Assembly: GCA_038046005.1 (NCBI GenBank)
Contig: JBBSXB010000001.1
Coordinates: forward strand, 64,001 to 128,000
DNA from: Nanobdellota archaeon
Lineage (GTDB): Archaea > Nanobdellota > Nanobdellia > Pacearchaeales > GW2011-AR1
DNA: 64,000 bases
Reading direction: 5' to 3'
Shown here piece after piece: positions 29,711 to 40,099 of the stretch. How positions within the stretch are numbered: position 1 is the first letter of the stretch; every line of letters begins with the position of its first letter. The notes under the pieces were generated by a model. The model worked only from the letters and a program-made list of their open reading frames with translations. It was not told the origin of the DNA and ran no database searches. Made by a program: the position numbers and the translations under genes.

Positions 29711-30552
29711 TTCTCAATCAATCTTTTCTTAATCACACTTAATCCCTTTTCGAAAGTAGTAAACTTTATTCCTAGACCATTCATCTTAGCAGTGTTTAAA
29801 GTTGCATTTTCCGGAATCTTTATCGCAACTGGCTGTGATTTATTTATTTTTATTAAAGAATTTTCTCTAACAATTGACTCAAGATTTCCTAGCAACTCAA
29901 TTATTTCCATTTTATCCGGACCTGCTAAATGGAAAATCCCTTTTTTATTTCTTTTTACCAGTTCCATCATTAATCTCGGAACATCATCCACAAAAATAGG
30001 TTGCCTGAGTTGATGAGGTTCCCGTAATTCTATAAAATTACCAGACAAAACTGTATCAAAAACCCCATTTTTTTTATCTTTTCCATTATACCCATACATA
30101 ATATCTACTCTAAGGATAATTCCTTTTGGGTTTTTCAAGATTTCTTTTTCGGCCATAATTTTTGTTCTTGCATACTCATTTATTGGGCTGGTTTTATCAT
30201 CTTCATTATAATTGCCAGTTTTCCCATCGAATAAATAAGAAGAAGACATAAAAACCATCCAGGCTCCAATTTCATTAGCGACCTCTGAGATATTCTTGGC
30301 CGTTTTATAGTTTAGGTCTTCGGCGAGGCGAGGATTATTCTCGCACTTAGTTGAGCTCGTCAAGGCAACTGTGTCTAAAATGACTTCTGGTTTATACTTT
30401 AATAGGAATTTTCTTACCTCAGAAATGTTCAAAACATCCAATTTATTTTCTGAAGAATTTTTTCCAGCTTTCACCACTTCATTGTTTTTTGATAAAATTT
30501 CTGCTGCTTTCGTTCCCAAAAAGCCATCTGCGCCGATTATGGCTACTTTCAT
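29707..30552 (-). CDS. RmlD-like NDP-4-keto-sugar reductase
   Basis: GADGFLG, SSSYLFDG, YARTK. Confidence 0.85.
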   Translation of the reverse strand: MKVAIIGADGFLGTKAAEILSKNNEVVKAGKNSSENKLDVLNISEVRKFLLKYKPEVILDTVALTSSTKCENNPRLAEDLNYKTAKNISEVANEIGAWMVFMSSSYLFDGKTGNYNEDDKTSPINEYARTKIMAEKEILKNPKGIILRVDIMYGYNGKDKKNGVFDTVLSGNFIELREPHQLRQPIFVDDVPRLMMELVKRNKKGIFHLAGPDKMEIIELLGNLESIVRENSLIKINKSQPVAIKIPENATLNTAKMNGLGIKFTTFEKGLSVIKKRLIEN

Positions 30553-31646
30553 TTTAAAGCGTGATAAATTTTTTTGTATTTTCTGGCAATTGCAGACAAT
30601 CCATTTTCCTTAAGGTAGTTAACACATTCTTGTTCCATTCTTTTAAGGTTTCGTGGTTTTATTGAATCTTTTATAACTCTTGGATAATCTTCGTCATCTT
30701 TAGCTATAGCAATTCCCTTAAAATGTCTTGACGCCTCATTAAAGAATTTTATATTGCTTACAATTATTGGCCTCTTTGCAGCTATTGAATGTGCAAAGAT
30801 TCCACTCCCAATTCCCCCCCTATATGGAAGAAGAACTAAATCTGCTGCTGCAAAATATTTCCACCATAAAGGGTTCTTATCAGTTATGTCAAAAATATCA
30901 AAACGCACAAACTTTTCTAATTTTTTTTGTTTAACAATCTGTTTATTTTCCTCAATATAATCTCTTACTCGGTCCGTATTTCTATCATTTACAGAACCTG
31001 GATTTGCAACAACAAGGGTTGTTCCACCTATTTTATCAGCTTGGTTGATGATAATATCATGGCCGTGATCAGGCACCATACTCCCCATGAATAAATAAAC
31101 TGGGCCAGATAATTTTAATTCCTTTTTTGTTTTTAATTTGTCATAAGAAGGCACATTCTCTATTATTCCTTGTGGAAGAACAGCTATTTTTGAAGGAGAA
31201 AAATTATACTCCTTGACTAATATATCCTTAAAAAACTCTGCATGAACAACAACCATATCTGAACACCAATTTATAACTCTATTTTGAGTGAAATACAGAA
31301 ATTTTCTAAAAAACGTCTTTAGTTTGCTACCTTTAAATTTTTCTTTTTTGGATAAAACTGTATGCATTGTCGTAATAACCCTACATTTACAAAAAGAAAA
31401 CAAGAAATAAAGGGCAAAAAATGGAAGGCCATAACCTCCGAGCAAGTTATATTCGTGTTGTATATGAACAACATCATATTTTTTTATTTCCTTAAATTTT
31501 TTGAATATATTGAATGGAGAACCGGCAGTATAATTTATGTTACTAATATCTTCTCCCTGTTGTTTAATACTATCAACAAGAGTTACAGAATAACCTGAAA
31601 TCGCTTTTTCAGATTCTCTCGTTGGAAAAACCATTGCTATTTTCAT
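30549..31646 (-). CDS. glycosyltransferase family 4
   Basis: HIQHEY, TMHTV, ADLVLLPY, SGI. Confidence 0.85.
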   Translation of the reverse strand: MKIAMVFPTRESEKAISGYSVTLVDSIKQQGEDISNINYTAGSPFNIFKKFKEIKKYDVVHIQHEYNLLGGYGLPFFALYFLFSFCKCRVITTMHTVLSKKEKFKGSKLKTFFRKFLYFTQNRVINWCSDMVVVHAEFFKDILVKEYNFSPSKIAVLPQGIIENVPSYDKLKTKKELKLSGPVYLFMGSMVPDHGHDIIINQADKIGGTTLVVANPGSVNDRNTDRVRDYIEENKQIVKQKKLEKFVRFDIFDITDKNPLWWKYFAAADLVLLPYRGGIGSGIFAHSIAAKRPIIVSNIKFFNEASRHFKGIAIAKDDEDYPRVIKDSIKPRNLKRMEQECVNYLKENGLSAIARKYKKIYHALK

Positions 31647-31669
31647 TTTGTTATTAGAGTTAATATCGT

Positions 31670-32656
31670 TTAATGAATATTACTTTTTGAGTGTTGAATT
31701 TTTATTTTCCAGTAATCAATTGTTTTTTTTAATCCTTCCTCTGGTGAGACTGTCTGTTCCCAATGCAGGATTTTTTTTGCTTGCGTACTATCCAGAACTA
31801 AATAAGGCTGGTCTGACGCCAATGGTCTATTTGGGTATCCTGGAGGGAATTCCCTCAAGTGCAATTTGCTTTCAGGAAATCCTATAAGTTTAGCAATTTT
31901 CAGCGCCCACTCTTTATTTGTAATTCCTTTTCCCCCAGAGATATTAAACGCGCTTCCTTGAATGTTTTTGGTTTTCATGGCTAAAAGGTAAGAATTAACA
32001 TGATCCTCAACATACATGTAGTCTCTTATGGAATCTGGAGCACCTATGTAGATATCTTTTCCTTTGATCATCTCTGTTATGAGGTACTCGGTAAAAAAAC
32101 CCGGATCGTATTTTCTTCCAAACGTGTTGCTATTTCTTAAAATGACCACATTGAAATTATAAACTTTATTTAGCATCCTCATGTAAATATCCATTGCTGC
32201 TTTGCTTACAGCGTATGGACTTGAGGCTTCTAATGACATATCTTCTGTGAAAGGAGTAAACTCTTTTATCCCATAAACTTCTGCTGTTGAGGCTACTACT
32301 AGCCTAACTTTTTCAGGGCCATAAAGCTCAAGAATAGCCTCAGCCATATTCACTGACCCGAGATAATTTACTTTCTGGTATGCAATAGGATGTTCAAAGC
32401 TTAATCTTACTGGGGATAAGGCTGCAAGATGAAAAACAACATCAGGATTAACTTTTTGAAGAGAGTTTTTTATGGAGGTATAATCTACAATGTCGCATAC
32501 GATTATTTTTATTTTGTCTTTAATGTCTTCTATGCTTTCTAAATTTCTTCCGATTACATGCCTAACAATTCCGAAAACTTCATGGCCTTCATTCACTAAT
32601 TTATGGGCCAATTCGCTTCCTATAAAACCAGTGATTCCAGTAATCATAACTCTCAT
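31670..32656 (-). CDS. NAD-dependent NDP-sugar dehydratase (GDP-mannose 4,6-dehydratase-like)
   Basis: TGITGFIG, HLAALS, STAEVYG, SPYAVSK. Confidence 0.88.
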   Translation of the reverse strand: MRVMITGITGFIGSELAHKLVNEGHEVFGIVRHVIGRNLESIEDIKDKIKIIVCDIVDYTSIKNSLQKVNPDVVFHLAALSPVRLSFEHPIAYQKVNYLGSVNMAEAILELYGPEKVRLVVASTAEVYGIKEFTPFTEDMSLEASSPYAVSKAAMDIYMRMLNKVYNFNVVILRNSNTFGRKYDPGFFTEYLITEMIKGKDIYIGAPDSIRDYMYVEDHVNSYLLAMKTKNIQGSAFNISGGKGITNKEWALKIAKLIGFPESKLHLREFPPGYPNRPLASDQPYLVLDSTQAKKILHWEQTVSPEEGLKKTIDYWKIKIQHSKSNIH

Positions 32657-32696
32657 GAGATTGAGTAAGACTTATGATTTATAAGCTTTATTGACA

Positions 32697-33176
32697 TCAA
32701 GTAATGTTTAACCTAGACAGCAAATTATCAAGATATTTTTTTGATCCTTCTATGTCAGATTCTAATGGGGCCCACGGGGCGAATTCTTTGTAGATTTTAG
32801 GGTCGTATGGGCCTTGGGTTATTTCCAAAATCACTGCAGGATTATCAATAACAACTAATGAGTGGAAATTTTTTTCCGGGATGTAGACTAAAGATGATAC
32901 ATCCCTAGAAGATTCCGAGACAATTTCGTAGTTTTTTATATCTCCTTCGTCTGTGAAATAGATCGGAGCAAGCTTACCTCTGAGAACTAACCAGTATTCA
33001 TCTAATCTTTCACCATGCCTATGGGGCCTGACGTAAGTTCCTGGAAGCATTGCATTTAGTAAAGGTCTTACTCCCGTGTAATCTGCTGGTTTCAAAGCTT
33101 TAGCCTTCCTTAACCGAGGGTCTTTTCTAGCTTCTTCTAACAAATCATCAATAATTTTTTGGTTGACTGATTCCAT
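32697..33176 (-). CDS. WbuC-family cupin
   Basis: LNAMLPGTYVRPHRH, FHSLV, KEFAPWAP. Confidence 0.88.
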   Translation of the reverse strand: MESVNQKIIDDLLEEARKDPRLRKAKALKPADYTGVRPLLNAMLPGTYVRPHRHGERLDEYWLVLRGKLAPIYFTDEGDIKNYEIVSESSRDVSSLVYIPEKNFHSLVVIDNPAVILEITQGPYDPKIYKEFAPWAPLESDIEGSKKYLDNLLSRLNIT

Positions 33177-33272
33177 AAAAAGTCCTACAAAAATGAGTTT
33201 TTAAAGATTTGGACTTCTAAGAGTATATTCTAATTACACAATCTTTTTAAAGAATTATTAGTAAGGTAATTT

Positions 33273-33983
33273 ATGATATTTAAAACAGCAGTGATTATTG
33301 CTGGGGGGAAAGGAGAAAGACTGGGAGATATTGGAGAAGGACTACCAAAACCACTTGTAAAAGTTGAAGGAAAACCAATTTTAGAAAGAATAATCTTGTG
33401 GTTGAAAAAGAATGGTGTGGAAAAAATTGTGATAGGGGTTGCCTACAAAAAAGAAATGATTAAAGATTATTTTGGTAATGGTAATAGACTTGGTGTAAAA
33501 ATAATTTACACAGAACATGATGAGAATGGGGGAACTGAAGACGCTTTTAGGACTGCAATAGAAAAGTCTAAGATTGATGATGAAAATTTTTACGCATTGA
33601 ATGGTGATCAAATCACAGATCTTCAACTTGAAGGGGTTACAAATAAACATTTAGTTTCACACGCAACAGTAACCATGATTACCACTAATCTAAGGACCAA
33701 CTTTGGAATTGTGCAGATTGATGACAAGAATAGAATTGCTAACCTAAAAGAGAAGGGAGAAGTGAAAGGATTGCTCATCAATACCGGAATTTATGTTTTC
33801 AATAAAAAAATAAAAAATTATTTGGTCGGGGGAAACATAGAAGAAAAGGCTTTTAGAAAGCTGATAGAGGAAAAAAACATGATTTCATTTTACTATGACG
33901 GGCTGTGGACCAGCTTTAATGACAAAAAAGAACTCGCAGTAGCTGAAAAAGCAATTAGGGAATTTAGCGGACTGATTGATTAA
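33273..33983 (+). CDS. sugar-phosphate nucleotidyltransferase
   Basis: AGGKGERL, PKPLV, NGD, INTGIYVF. Confidence 0.9.
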   Translation: MIFKTAVIIAGGKGERLGDIGEGLPKPLVKVEGKPILERIILWLKKNGVEKIVIGVAYKKEMIKDYFGNGNRLGVKIIYTEHDENGGTEDAFRTAIEKSKIDDENFYALNGDQITDLQLEGVTNKHLVSHATVTMITTNLRTNFGIVQIDDKNRIANLKEKGEVKGLLINTGIYVFNKKIKNYLVGGNIEEKAFRKLIEEKNMISFYYDGLWTSFNDKKELAVAEKAIREFSGLID

Positions 33984-35100
33984 AATGAAAATCGGAATTG
34001 TGGCAGACGGCCCAAAAATATCGGGAAGCATGAAGTATATATTACAGCTTTATTCTAGAATTAGAAAAAAAGAAAAAACTTCACTTTTACATTTGGCATA
34101 TGAGGGCAGATTAGATTTAAAAGGCTTAGACGTTGAAGAATTAAAACCTATAAAACTACCTTTTTTTAGTTATTTTTTTAACTTTGGAATTTATTATCCG
34201 ATAAAAACTTGCTTTAAGTCACTGTCAAATTCTTTTGATATTATTCACTTTTCAAGGCACTATCCATTTTTTATCCTTTGGCATAAAATTCTAACAAAAA
34301 AAAAGATAGTTATTACATCGCATGATCTTTGGAAGTTAAACCATAGATATTTATTATTTTTAACAAAAATTCTTAAAAGAGTGGACAAAATAATTACTGT
34401 CTCCAATGCAACAAAAAAAGAGCTGGTAGATTTGGGGCTAAATGAAGAAAATATTGAAGTAATTTATCATGGGGTTGATAAAACAATTTTTAAGCCAATA
34501 GGTAGAGATAAAGCATTTAATCTTTTAACTAAAACAAAACTTCATGACAAGGTAAAAATTTTAAAAAATGCAAGTAAAATATTTTTAAGTGTGAGTAATG
34601 ATACTGAAAGAAAAAATACATCTAGGGTGTACGAAGCATTTTCAAAATACCTCAAGAAGGATGATAAAGCATTACTAGTAAGAGTGGTCTCGGCCACTAA
34701 CAAGAAAATTATAGAATCTCAGACTAAAAGATTCAGCAGTAATGTATTATTTTTGCAGGGATTGTCTGAGGAAGAAATTAGTTTGATGTACAATATTTCG
34801 GATTTGTTCGTTTTTCCATCAATTTGTGAAGGGTTCGGTATGCCTTTACTGGAAAGTATAAGCTGTGGAACCCCTTGTGTTACATCAAACTTCCAGCCGA
34901 TGACCGAAGTTGTCGGTGAATCTGGGATTTTAGTGGATCCTTACGATGTTGATTCCATTTATCAAGGTCTAATTTTGTGCCTAAAGAACAGAGATGTTCT
35001 TTCAAAAAAATCTTTAAAAAGGGCAGAACTATTTTCATTAGATAAAACTTTTCTTAAAACGTACGAGGTTTACAAAGATTTACAACAGGCCACAAAATAA
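33976..35100 (+). CDS. glycosyltransferase family 4
   Basis: TVSNATK, RKN, FVFPSICEGFGMPLLE. Confidence 0.9.
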   Translation: MIKMKIGIVADGPKISGSMKYILQLYSRIRKKEKTSLLHLAYEGRLDLKGLDVEELKPIKLPFFSYFFNFGIYYPIKTCFKSLSNSFDIIHFSRHYPFFILWHKILTKKKIVITSHDLWKLNHRYLLFLTKILKRVDKIITVSNATKKELVDLGLNEENIEVIYHGVDKTIFKPIGRDKAFNLLTKTKLHDKVKILKNASKIFLSVSNDTERKNTSRVYEAFSKYLKKDDKALLVRVVSATNKKIIESQTKRFSSNVLFLQGLSEEEISLMYNISDLFVFPSICEGFGMPLLESISCGTPCVTSNFQPMTEVVGESGILVDPYDVDSIYQGLILCLKNRDVLSKKSLKRAELFSLDKTFLKTYEVYKDLQQATK

Positions 35101-35101
35101 A

Positions 35102-36157
35102 ATGAAAATTCTTATGATTGCTACATATTACTTGCCCCGAGTTGGGGGTGGAGAGGATACTATAAAAAATTATTGCAGGATTTTTAAGAAAAAAGGGCAT
35201 TATGTAGAGGTAATAACAAAAAAATATGATATGTCGCTTAAAGACACTGAAATAATTGAAGGTGTCAAGATTCATAGAGTCCCTTACCACAGAAGTAACA
35301 AGCTAGGATTGGTTAAATTTTGGAGATGGATGTGGAAAAATAGAGCGAAGTTTAAGGATTTTGATGTAGTCATGTACAATGATTTTTCAACTTTTTATTG
35401 GTATTTACCACTTAAATTTTATTTTAAAAAACCAGATGTTATTTTGTACTACGGGTATGAGGGTTTTCCGATAAAAATAAAACACAAAATATTAAGAAGA
35501 ATTGCAAAAGAGTTTACAAAGAAAAGCATTAATGGAGGAAGATATCTTGATAAGTATTACGGATTTAAAACTGATGATTATATTTATGAAGGTGTAGGGG
35601 ATATAGAAAAAGTTCCAGTTAGTAAGAAAAAAAATAAGGCGGTTTTTATAGGCGGTCTTAGAAAAGACACATCTATATTGGAATATTTGAAATTCTTGAA
35701 GATTTTGAAGCAAAATCATGGCATTAACCTTGGCTTAGATGTCTATGGTGGAGGAGATTTGGATAAACTGGCAAAAACATATGCCAAAAATAATAAATTA
35801 AATGTTATTTTTCATGGAGTTGTTCCAAATGCAAAGAGGTTCATTCCAATGTATAAATACGGATTTGCAACTCAATGGGGTTCAATAATGGACTGCATGA
35901 GGTCTAGAACATTGATCTTTGCGCTTTGTAAACTTCCAATTACATTAGACTATGACAGAGAGATTCTTGATGAAGGGCGATATGGAATAATCAGTACAGA
36001 TCCTGGGGAAATGGTTGATAAGTTTATTAAGTGTTACAAAAATGAAAAACTGTTTAAAGACATAACAGCTCAAGCTTATGACCACTCAAAAACAAGAACA
36101 TGGAATAAAATAGCTGGAAAGATACTAACCATATTGGAGCAAGCCATCAAGAGTTAA
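35102..36157 (+). CDS. glycosyltransferase (GT4-like)
   Basis: MKILMIATYYLPRVGGGE N-terminus; FIGGL. Confidence 0.8.
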   Translation: MKILMIATYYLPRVGGGEDTIKNYCRIFKKKGHYVEVITKKYDMSLKDTEIIEGVKIHRVPYHRSNKLGLVKFWRWMWKNRAKFKDFDVVMYNDFSTFYWYLPLKFYFKKPDVILYYGYEGFPIKIKHKILRRIAKEFTKKSINGGRYLDKYYGFKTDDYIYEGVGDIEKVPVSKKKNKAVFIGGLRKDTSILEYLKFLKILKQNHGINLGLDVYGGGDLDKLAKTYAKNNKLNVIFHGVVPNAKRFIPMYKYGFATQWGSIMDCMRSRTLIFALCKLPITLDYDREILDEGRYGIISTDPGEMVDKFIKCYKNEKLFKDITAQAYDHSKTRTWNKIAGKILTILEQAIKS

Positions 36158-36188
36158 TTTAAAACATTTTTAAGCGTTAAGATTTTAA

Positions 36189-37295
36189 TCAATCAGTTTT
36201 GTTAAAAAAATCATCCAAACAACCACACACTCTTTTCTGATCATCCAGAGTTAACTCACCATGAAGAGGTAGAGAAAGAAGATTGTTGAATAGTAAGCTA
36301 GAATTTGTTAGCCCCCCCATATTTTTCAGATTTGCAAACGCTGGTTGAGTATGAAGCGCAAACGTTCCTATTTGGGATTCTATACCCTCACTGTGCAGAT
36401 AGGAAATCACAGAGTCTCGTATTCCGTTTTCTTTTAGGAGCACAGTATAGGATTGAAAATTATGTTTATTCCCTTCTGAAACATATGGTATTGTAAGGTA
36501 GCCTTTTTCCTTTAAAAGTTGGTTATATGAAAACGCTTTTTCTATTCTTCCGGTCACAATTTTTTCTAATTTTTTTAATTGTTCCAAACCTATTGCTCCA
36601 AGGATGTTGCTAAACTTATAATTTGATCCCAAGGTTACAAATCGACCTTCTTCCATCCCAAAATGTTTGAAAGAATGCATTTTATTGTAAAGAATCAAAT
36701 TGTCGGTGGTTATCATCCCCCCTTCACCAGTAGTAATTACCTTCCTGGGATGAAGACTAAAACAGGTAAGATCAGCAAGCGAACCCACCTTACACCCATC
36801 CAATTCTGACCCAAGGCTACATGCAGCATCTTCAATCAAAGGGATCCCAGCATTTTTTGCAAAGTCATAGATTTCTTTGTCTAAAGGATTTCCCCCCCAT
36901 GATACTGGCATAATTGCTTTTATTTTTGGAGTAATAGCTTCCTTTATTGCTTCGAGGGTTACGTTTCGTGATTTGACATCAACGTCAACAAGAATTGAAT
37001 CGGCTCCAACAAGCATTACAGCTTCTGCTGTTGCAGGGTAGGTAAAATCTGGCATTACTACTTCATCTCCAGGGCCAATATTAAGAACTCTTAATGCTAG
37101 TTCAAGAGCAATGGTACAATTTGGAACCGCCACAGCATATTTTGCACCGACACTTTTTGCAAATTCTTCTTCAAATTTTTTAGTCACAACACCTTCAGTC
37201 AAAAATTTAGAGTCAAAAACTGCCTTTACTGCATTCAACTCTTCATCCCCCATTGTGGGTCTTGATAAGTGTATGTATTTTTGATTCTGTCCCAT
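36189..37295 (-). CDS. DegT/DnrJ/EryC1/StrS sugar aminotransferase
   Basis: IEDAACSLG, SLHPRKVITTGEGG, LSLPLH. Confidence 0.93.
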   Translation of the reverse strand: MGQNQKYIHLSRPTMGDEELNAVKAVFDSKFLTEGVVTKKFEEEFAKSVGAKYAVAVPNCTIALELALRVLNIGPGDEVVMPDFTYPATAEAVMLVGADSILVDVDVKSRNVTLEAIKEAITPKIKAIMPVSWGGNPLDKEIYDFAKNAGIPLIEDAACSLGSELDGCKVGSLADLTCFSLHPRKVITTGEGGMITTDNLILYNKMHSFKHFGMEEGRFVTLGSNYKFSNILGAIGLEQLKKLEKIVTGRIEKAFSYNQLLKEKGYLTIPYVSEGNKHNFQSYTVLLKENGIRDSVISYLHSEGIESQIGTFALHTQPAFANLKNMGGLTNSSLLFNNLLSLPLHGELTLDDQKRVCGCLDDFFNKTD

Positions 37296-37357
37296 TGGTT
37301 CTTTAAAAGACTACTATTTAAAAGGATATCTGTTTTGAGGACACAAATGTTTAAAAT

Positions 37358-38134
37358 ATGTATAATCTACAAAAAATAATGAAGAATAACCCTTCAAATC
37401 TCAAGCAGGTATGGGAAGAATATTACGAAGAGGAAAGTGACACTGCAATAAAAGATAAGCCTTTTTTCTTGCTGGAAACAGAAACGATAGAAAAAGAAGT
37501 TGGAAAAATTGCAGAGAATAAAAAAAAGTTGAGTATCTTGGAGTTAGGATGTGGAACTGGCTTTTTAGCAAAAAGATTGATAAAAACTGTCTTCAAAAAT
37601 CAAGAGTACACTTACACTGGAGTAGACATATCAAATAAGGCAATTGATAAAGCAAAAAAAAGAAAAATACCCAAGACTTTTTTCATGGAAGCTGATTTTT
37701 TTAATTTTTTTGAGAAAAGCACAAAAAAATATGATTTAATAATCTCCCAGAGATCCATAATGGCATTATTAAAAAAGGAAGAGCAACTAAAACTTTTAGG
37801 TTTAATTAACTCTAGGCTGACAGATAAGGGCATCGGACTGTTTACAGAGTGTCTACATGAAGCTTCTGAAGAAATAAATGATTATCGAAAACAATTAGGG
37901 ATTGAGCCATTTAAAAAAGTTTGGCACAGTAGATACCTGAGAATTGACGAAATAAAACAAATTTTTGAAAAATACAAGATTGTTGACTTTTGCTCTACTT
38001 ACTGGCTAATAACAAGAATTATCTACCCTTATTTTAAAGAACCAAAACATAACACCCGTTTGTCTAAAGTTGTAGCAGAGTTCCCAGAGTCGGGAAAATA
38101 TGGGCTGGTTAAACTAATAATTGTTCAAAAATGA
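37358..38134 (+). CDS. class I SAM methyltransferase
   Basis: ILELGCGTG, GVDIS. Confidence 0.85.
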   Translation: MYNLQKIMKNNPSNLKQVWEEYYEEESDTAIKDKPFFLLETETIEKEVGKIAENKKKLSILELGCGTGFLAKRLIKTVFKNQEYTYTGVDISNKAIDKAKKRKIPKTFFMEADFFNFFEKSTKKYDLIISQRSIMALLKKEEQLKLLGLINSRLTDKGIGLFTECLHEASEEINDYRKQLGIEPFKKVWHSRYLRIDEIKQIFEKYKIVDFCSTYWLITRIIYPYFKEPKHNTRLSKVVAEFPESGKYGLVKLIIVQK

Positions 38135-39012
38135 AATCTATTTTGATAACTGGCGGAAGCGGTTTAGTTGGAAGTAATGTTGCTAAATTTTTTAATAATA
38201 AAGGTTATAAAATTTTTACGGTTGATTTGAAAGAAAGTTCATTTAACAACCATATTGTGTGTGACTTGAGCAAAAAAGAAAATTTAGTAAAGCTGCCAGA
38301 GAAAGTTGATTATGTTTTTCATTTTGCGGCGCATGTGGATGAGAAAGATGAAAATAAGGAGTATTTACTAAGAAATAACGTACTTTCTACATTAAATGTA
38401 TTAGAATATGCTCTTAAAAATAAGGTTGAAAAAGTTGTTTATTCCTCAAGCAGTGCAGTCTATGGAAAGACTGAAGAGTACCCAATAAAAGAAGATTTCT
38501 CAAAAAAGCCCCAGTCAATTTACGGAATATCAAAATATTTTGGAGAAGAACTTTGTAATCTCTATCGGAAAAGAGGGTTGCAAATAATATCATTCAGATT
38601 AGGTTATGTTTTGGCTCCAGTAATCCCAGAAAGGTATTTTATTTACAGAATTATGAAAAAACTAAACAATAATGAGTGTATCACAATCACAAATGGAGTC
38701 AAGAATAGCATGTCATTTGTTGATGTGGAAGACATAGGGGCTTTTTGTGAGGAAGGGTTGAATAAAGACCTAACTGGGAATTTTAATCTGACAGGCCAAA
38801 GAGAAGTGAATTCAAAAGAGGTCATAGATCTTCTAGTTAAAATGTTTAAAGAATATTCTGGAGAAATTAAAGAGGAAGAAAATAATTCAATCATGAGAAA
38901 TTGTTTTTCCAATGAGAGACTTTACTCGACGTTTAATCAGAGGTATAGGCTCGGTATTGAGGATTCTTTAAACAGAATAGTCGCTAGTTTTAAAGACGGT
39001 CTAACGGAGTAA
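38131..39012 (+). CDS. NAD-dependent epimerase/dehydratase
   Basis: ITGGSGLVG, SSSAVYG, YGISK. Confidence 0.88.
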   Translation: MKSILITGGSGLVGSNVAKFFNNKGYKIFTVDLKESSFNNHIVCDLSKKENLVKLPEKVDYVFHFAAHVDEKDENKEYLLRNNVLSTLNVLEYALKNKVEKVVYSSSSAVYGKTEEYPIKEDFSKKPQSIYGISKYFGEELCNLYRKRGLQIISFRLGYVLAPVIPERYFIYRIMKKLNNNECITITNGVKNSMSFVDVEDIGAFCEEGLNKDLTGNFNLTGQREVNSKEVIDLLVKMFKEYSGEIKEEENNSIMRNCFSNERLYSTFNQRYRLGIEDSLNRIVASFKDGLTE

Positions 39013-40045
39013 ATCTTGCTTTTAAAGGAACCATATATTTCATGAATATAACTTCTGCAGGAGTTTTCATCTTTGTATAGAGTTTGTCTGTAAGTGAAAA
39101 ATGGGTGACTCTGTTCCCAAACTTAACACTACTTGCATTTGCTACAGTGATCAAAAGAACATCTGAAGAAGAGCCTTCGATATTTGAGATTACAGTTTTT
39201 GGATCTTGTGTTAATAAGATTTTGAATTGATAGTCTCTTGTGGACAGAACATCTTCCCTCGAAGAAGCATCTTGTCTTGTGTCAATAGTATAACCACTGT
39301 ATTTATTAAGATCACGACCAAATTCTCCTAAAAAGTTGGACATCAAGTTTAATTTTTCTTGTATATCCAGATTTTTATAAGAAGAAAAACCTTCAACCAC
39401 TTTTGCAGGATTACCTCTAGCAAGCGAGTTTGGGAGGACATCTTTTGTCACATTACTCTGGAAAAGAACAATTGCCCTATCTCCGATGGTTACTCCAGGA
39501 GAAACATAAACCGAACCTGTAAGCCAAACATCATTTCCTATAGTGACGGGCGCAATAGAATTAACAACGCATCCTTCCAATAGTTCTCCATGGTATCCAT
39601 GAGAGTATATCTCTGAGCGAGCCCCAATACCAACATTATTACCAATTGTTAACCCTCCAGATGAATTAAGAATAGCATCGCTACCTACCCAGAAATTATG
39701 GCCTATTGAAAGAGGTAAGTGACCTTGAAATCTAACTCCGTCCTGGACTGTCGCATAATCACCAATAGATAATTTAGGAAGGTAAATCTTACAATTTTCC
39801 CACACATCACAAAAATCCCCAAGACTCAATGATTCAAGGTTAATTTTTCTAGAAGAAACAACATTAACTCCTCTCCTGATTCTGGTCCCATCACCAACAT
39901 AAATTTTCTCTCCAGCTAGTGAAACTCCATCTTCAATTATGACATCTTTTCCAATGTATAAATTGGCTGCTTCAATGTAAGCTCGCTTAGACACTTTTGC
40001 AGAATTATCAACGTATGAATTCGTTGCCTTTATATTTTGGGGCAT
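38990..40045 (-). CDS. hexapeptide-repeat sugar acyltransferase
   Basis: LbH repeats (IGDY, IGHN, IGNNVGIG, IGNDVW), GNPAK. Confidence 0.88.
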   Translation of the reverse strand: MPQNIKATNSYVDNSAKVSKRAYIEAANLYIGKDVIIEDGVSLAGEKIYVGDGTRIRRGVNVVSSRKINLESLSLGDFCDVWENCKIYLPKLSIGDYATVQDGVRFQGHLPLSIGHNFWVGSDAILNSSGGLTIGNNVGIGARSEIYSHGYHGELLEGCVVNSIAPVTIGNDVWLTGSVYVSPGVTIGDRAIVLFQSNVTKDVLPNSLARGNPAKVVEGFSSYKNLDIQEKLNLMSNFLGEFGRDLNKYSGYTIDTRQDASSREDVLSTRDYQFKILLTQDPKTVISNIEGSSSDVLLITVANASSVKFGNRVTHFSLTDKLYTKMKTPAEVIFMKYMVPLKARFTPLDRL

Positions 40046-40099
40046 AGATTAAAAGGAGTAACGGCATTTAAAAAATTATGTGTTTTTAAAAATGGTTAA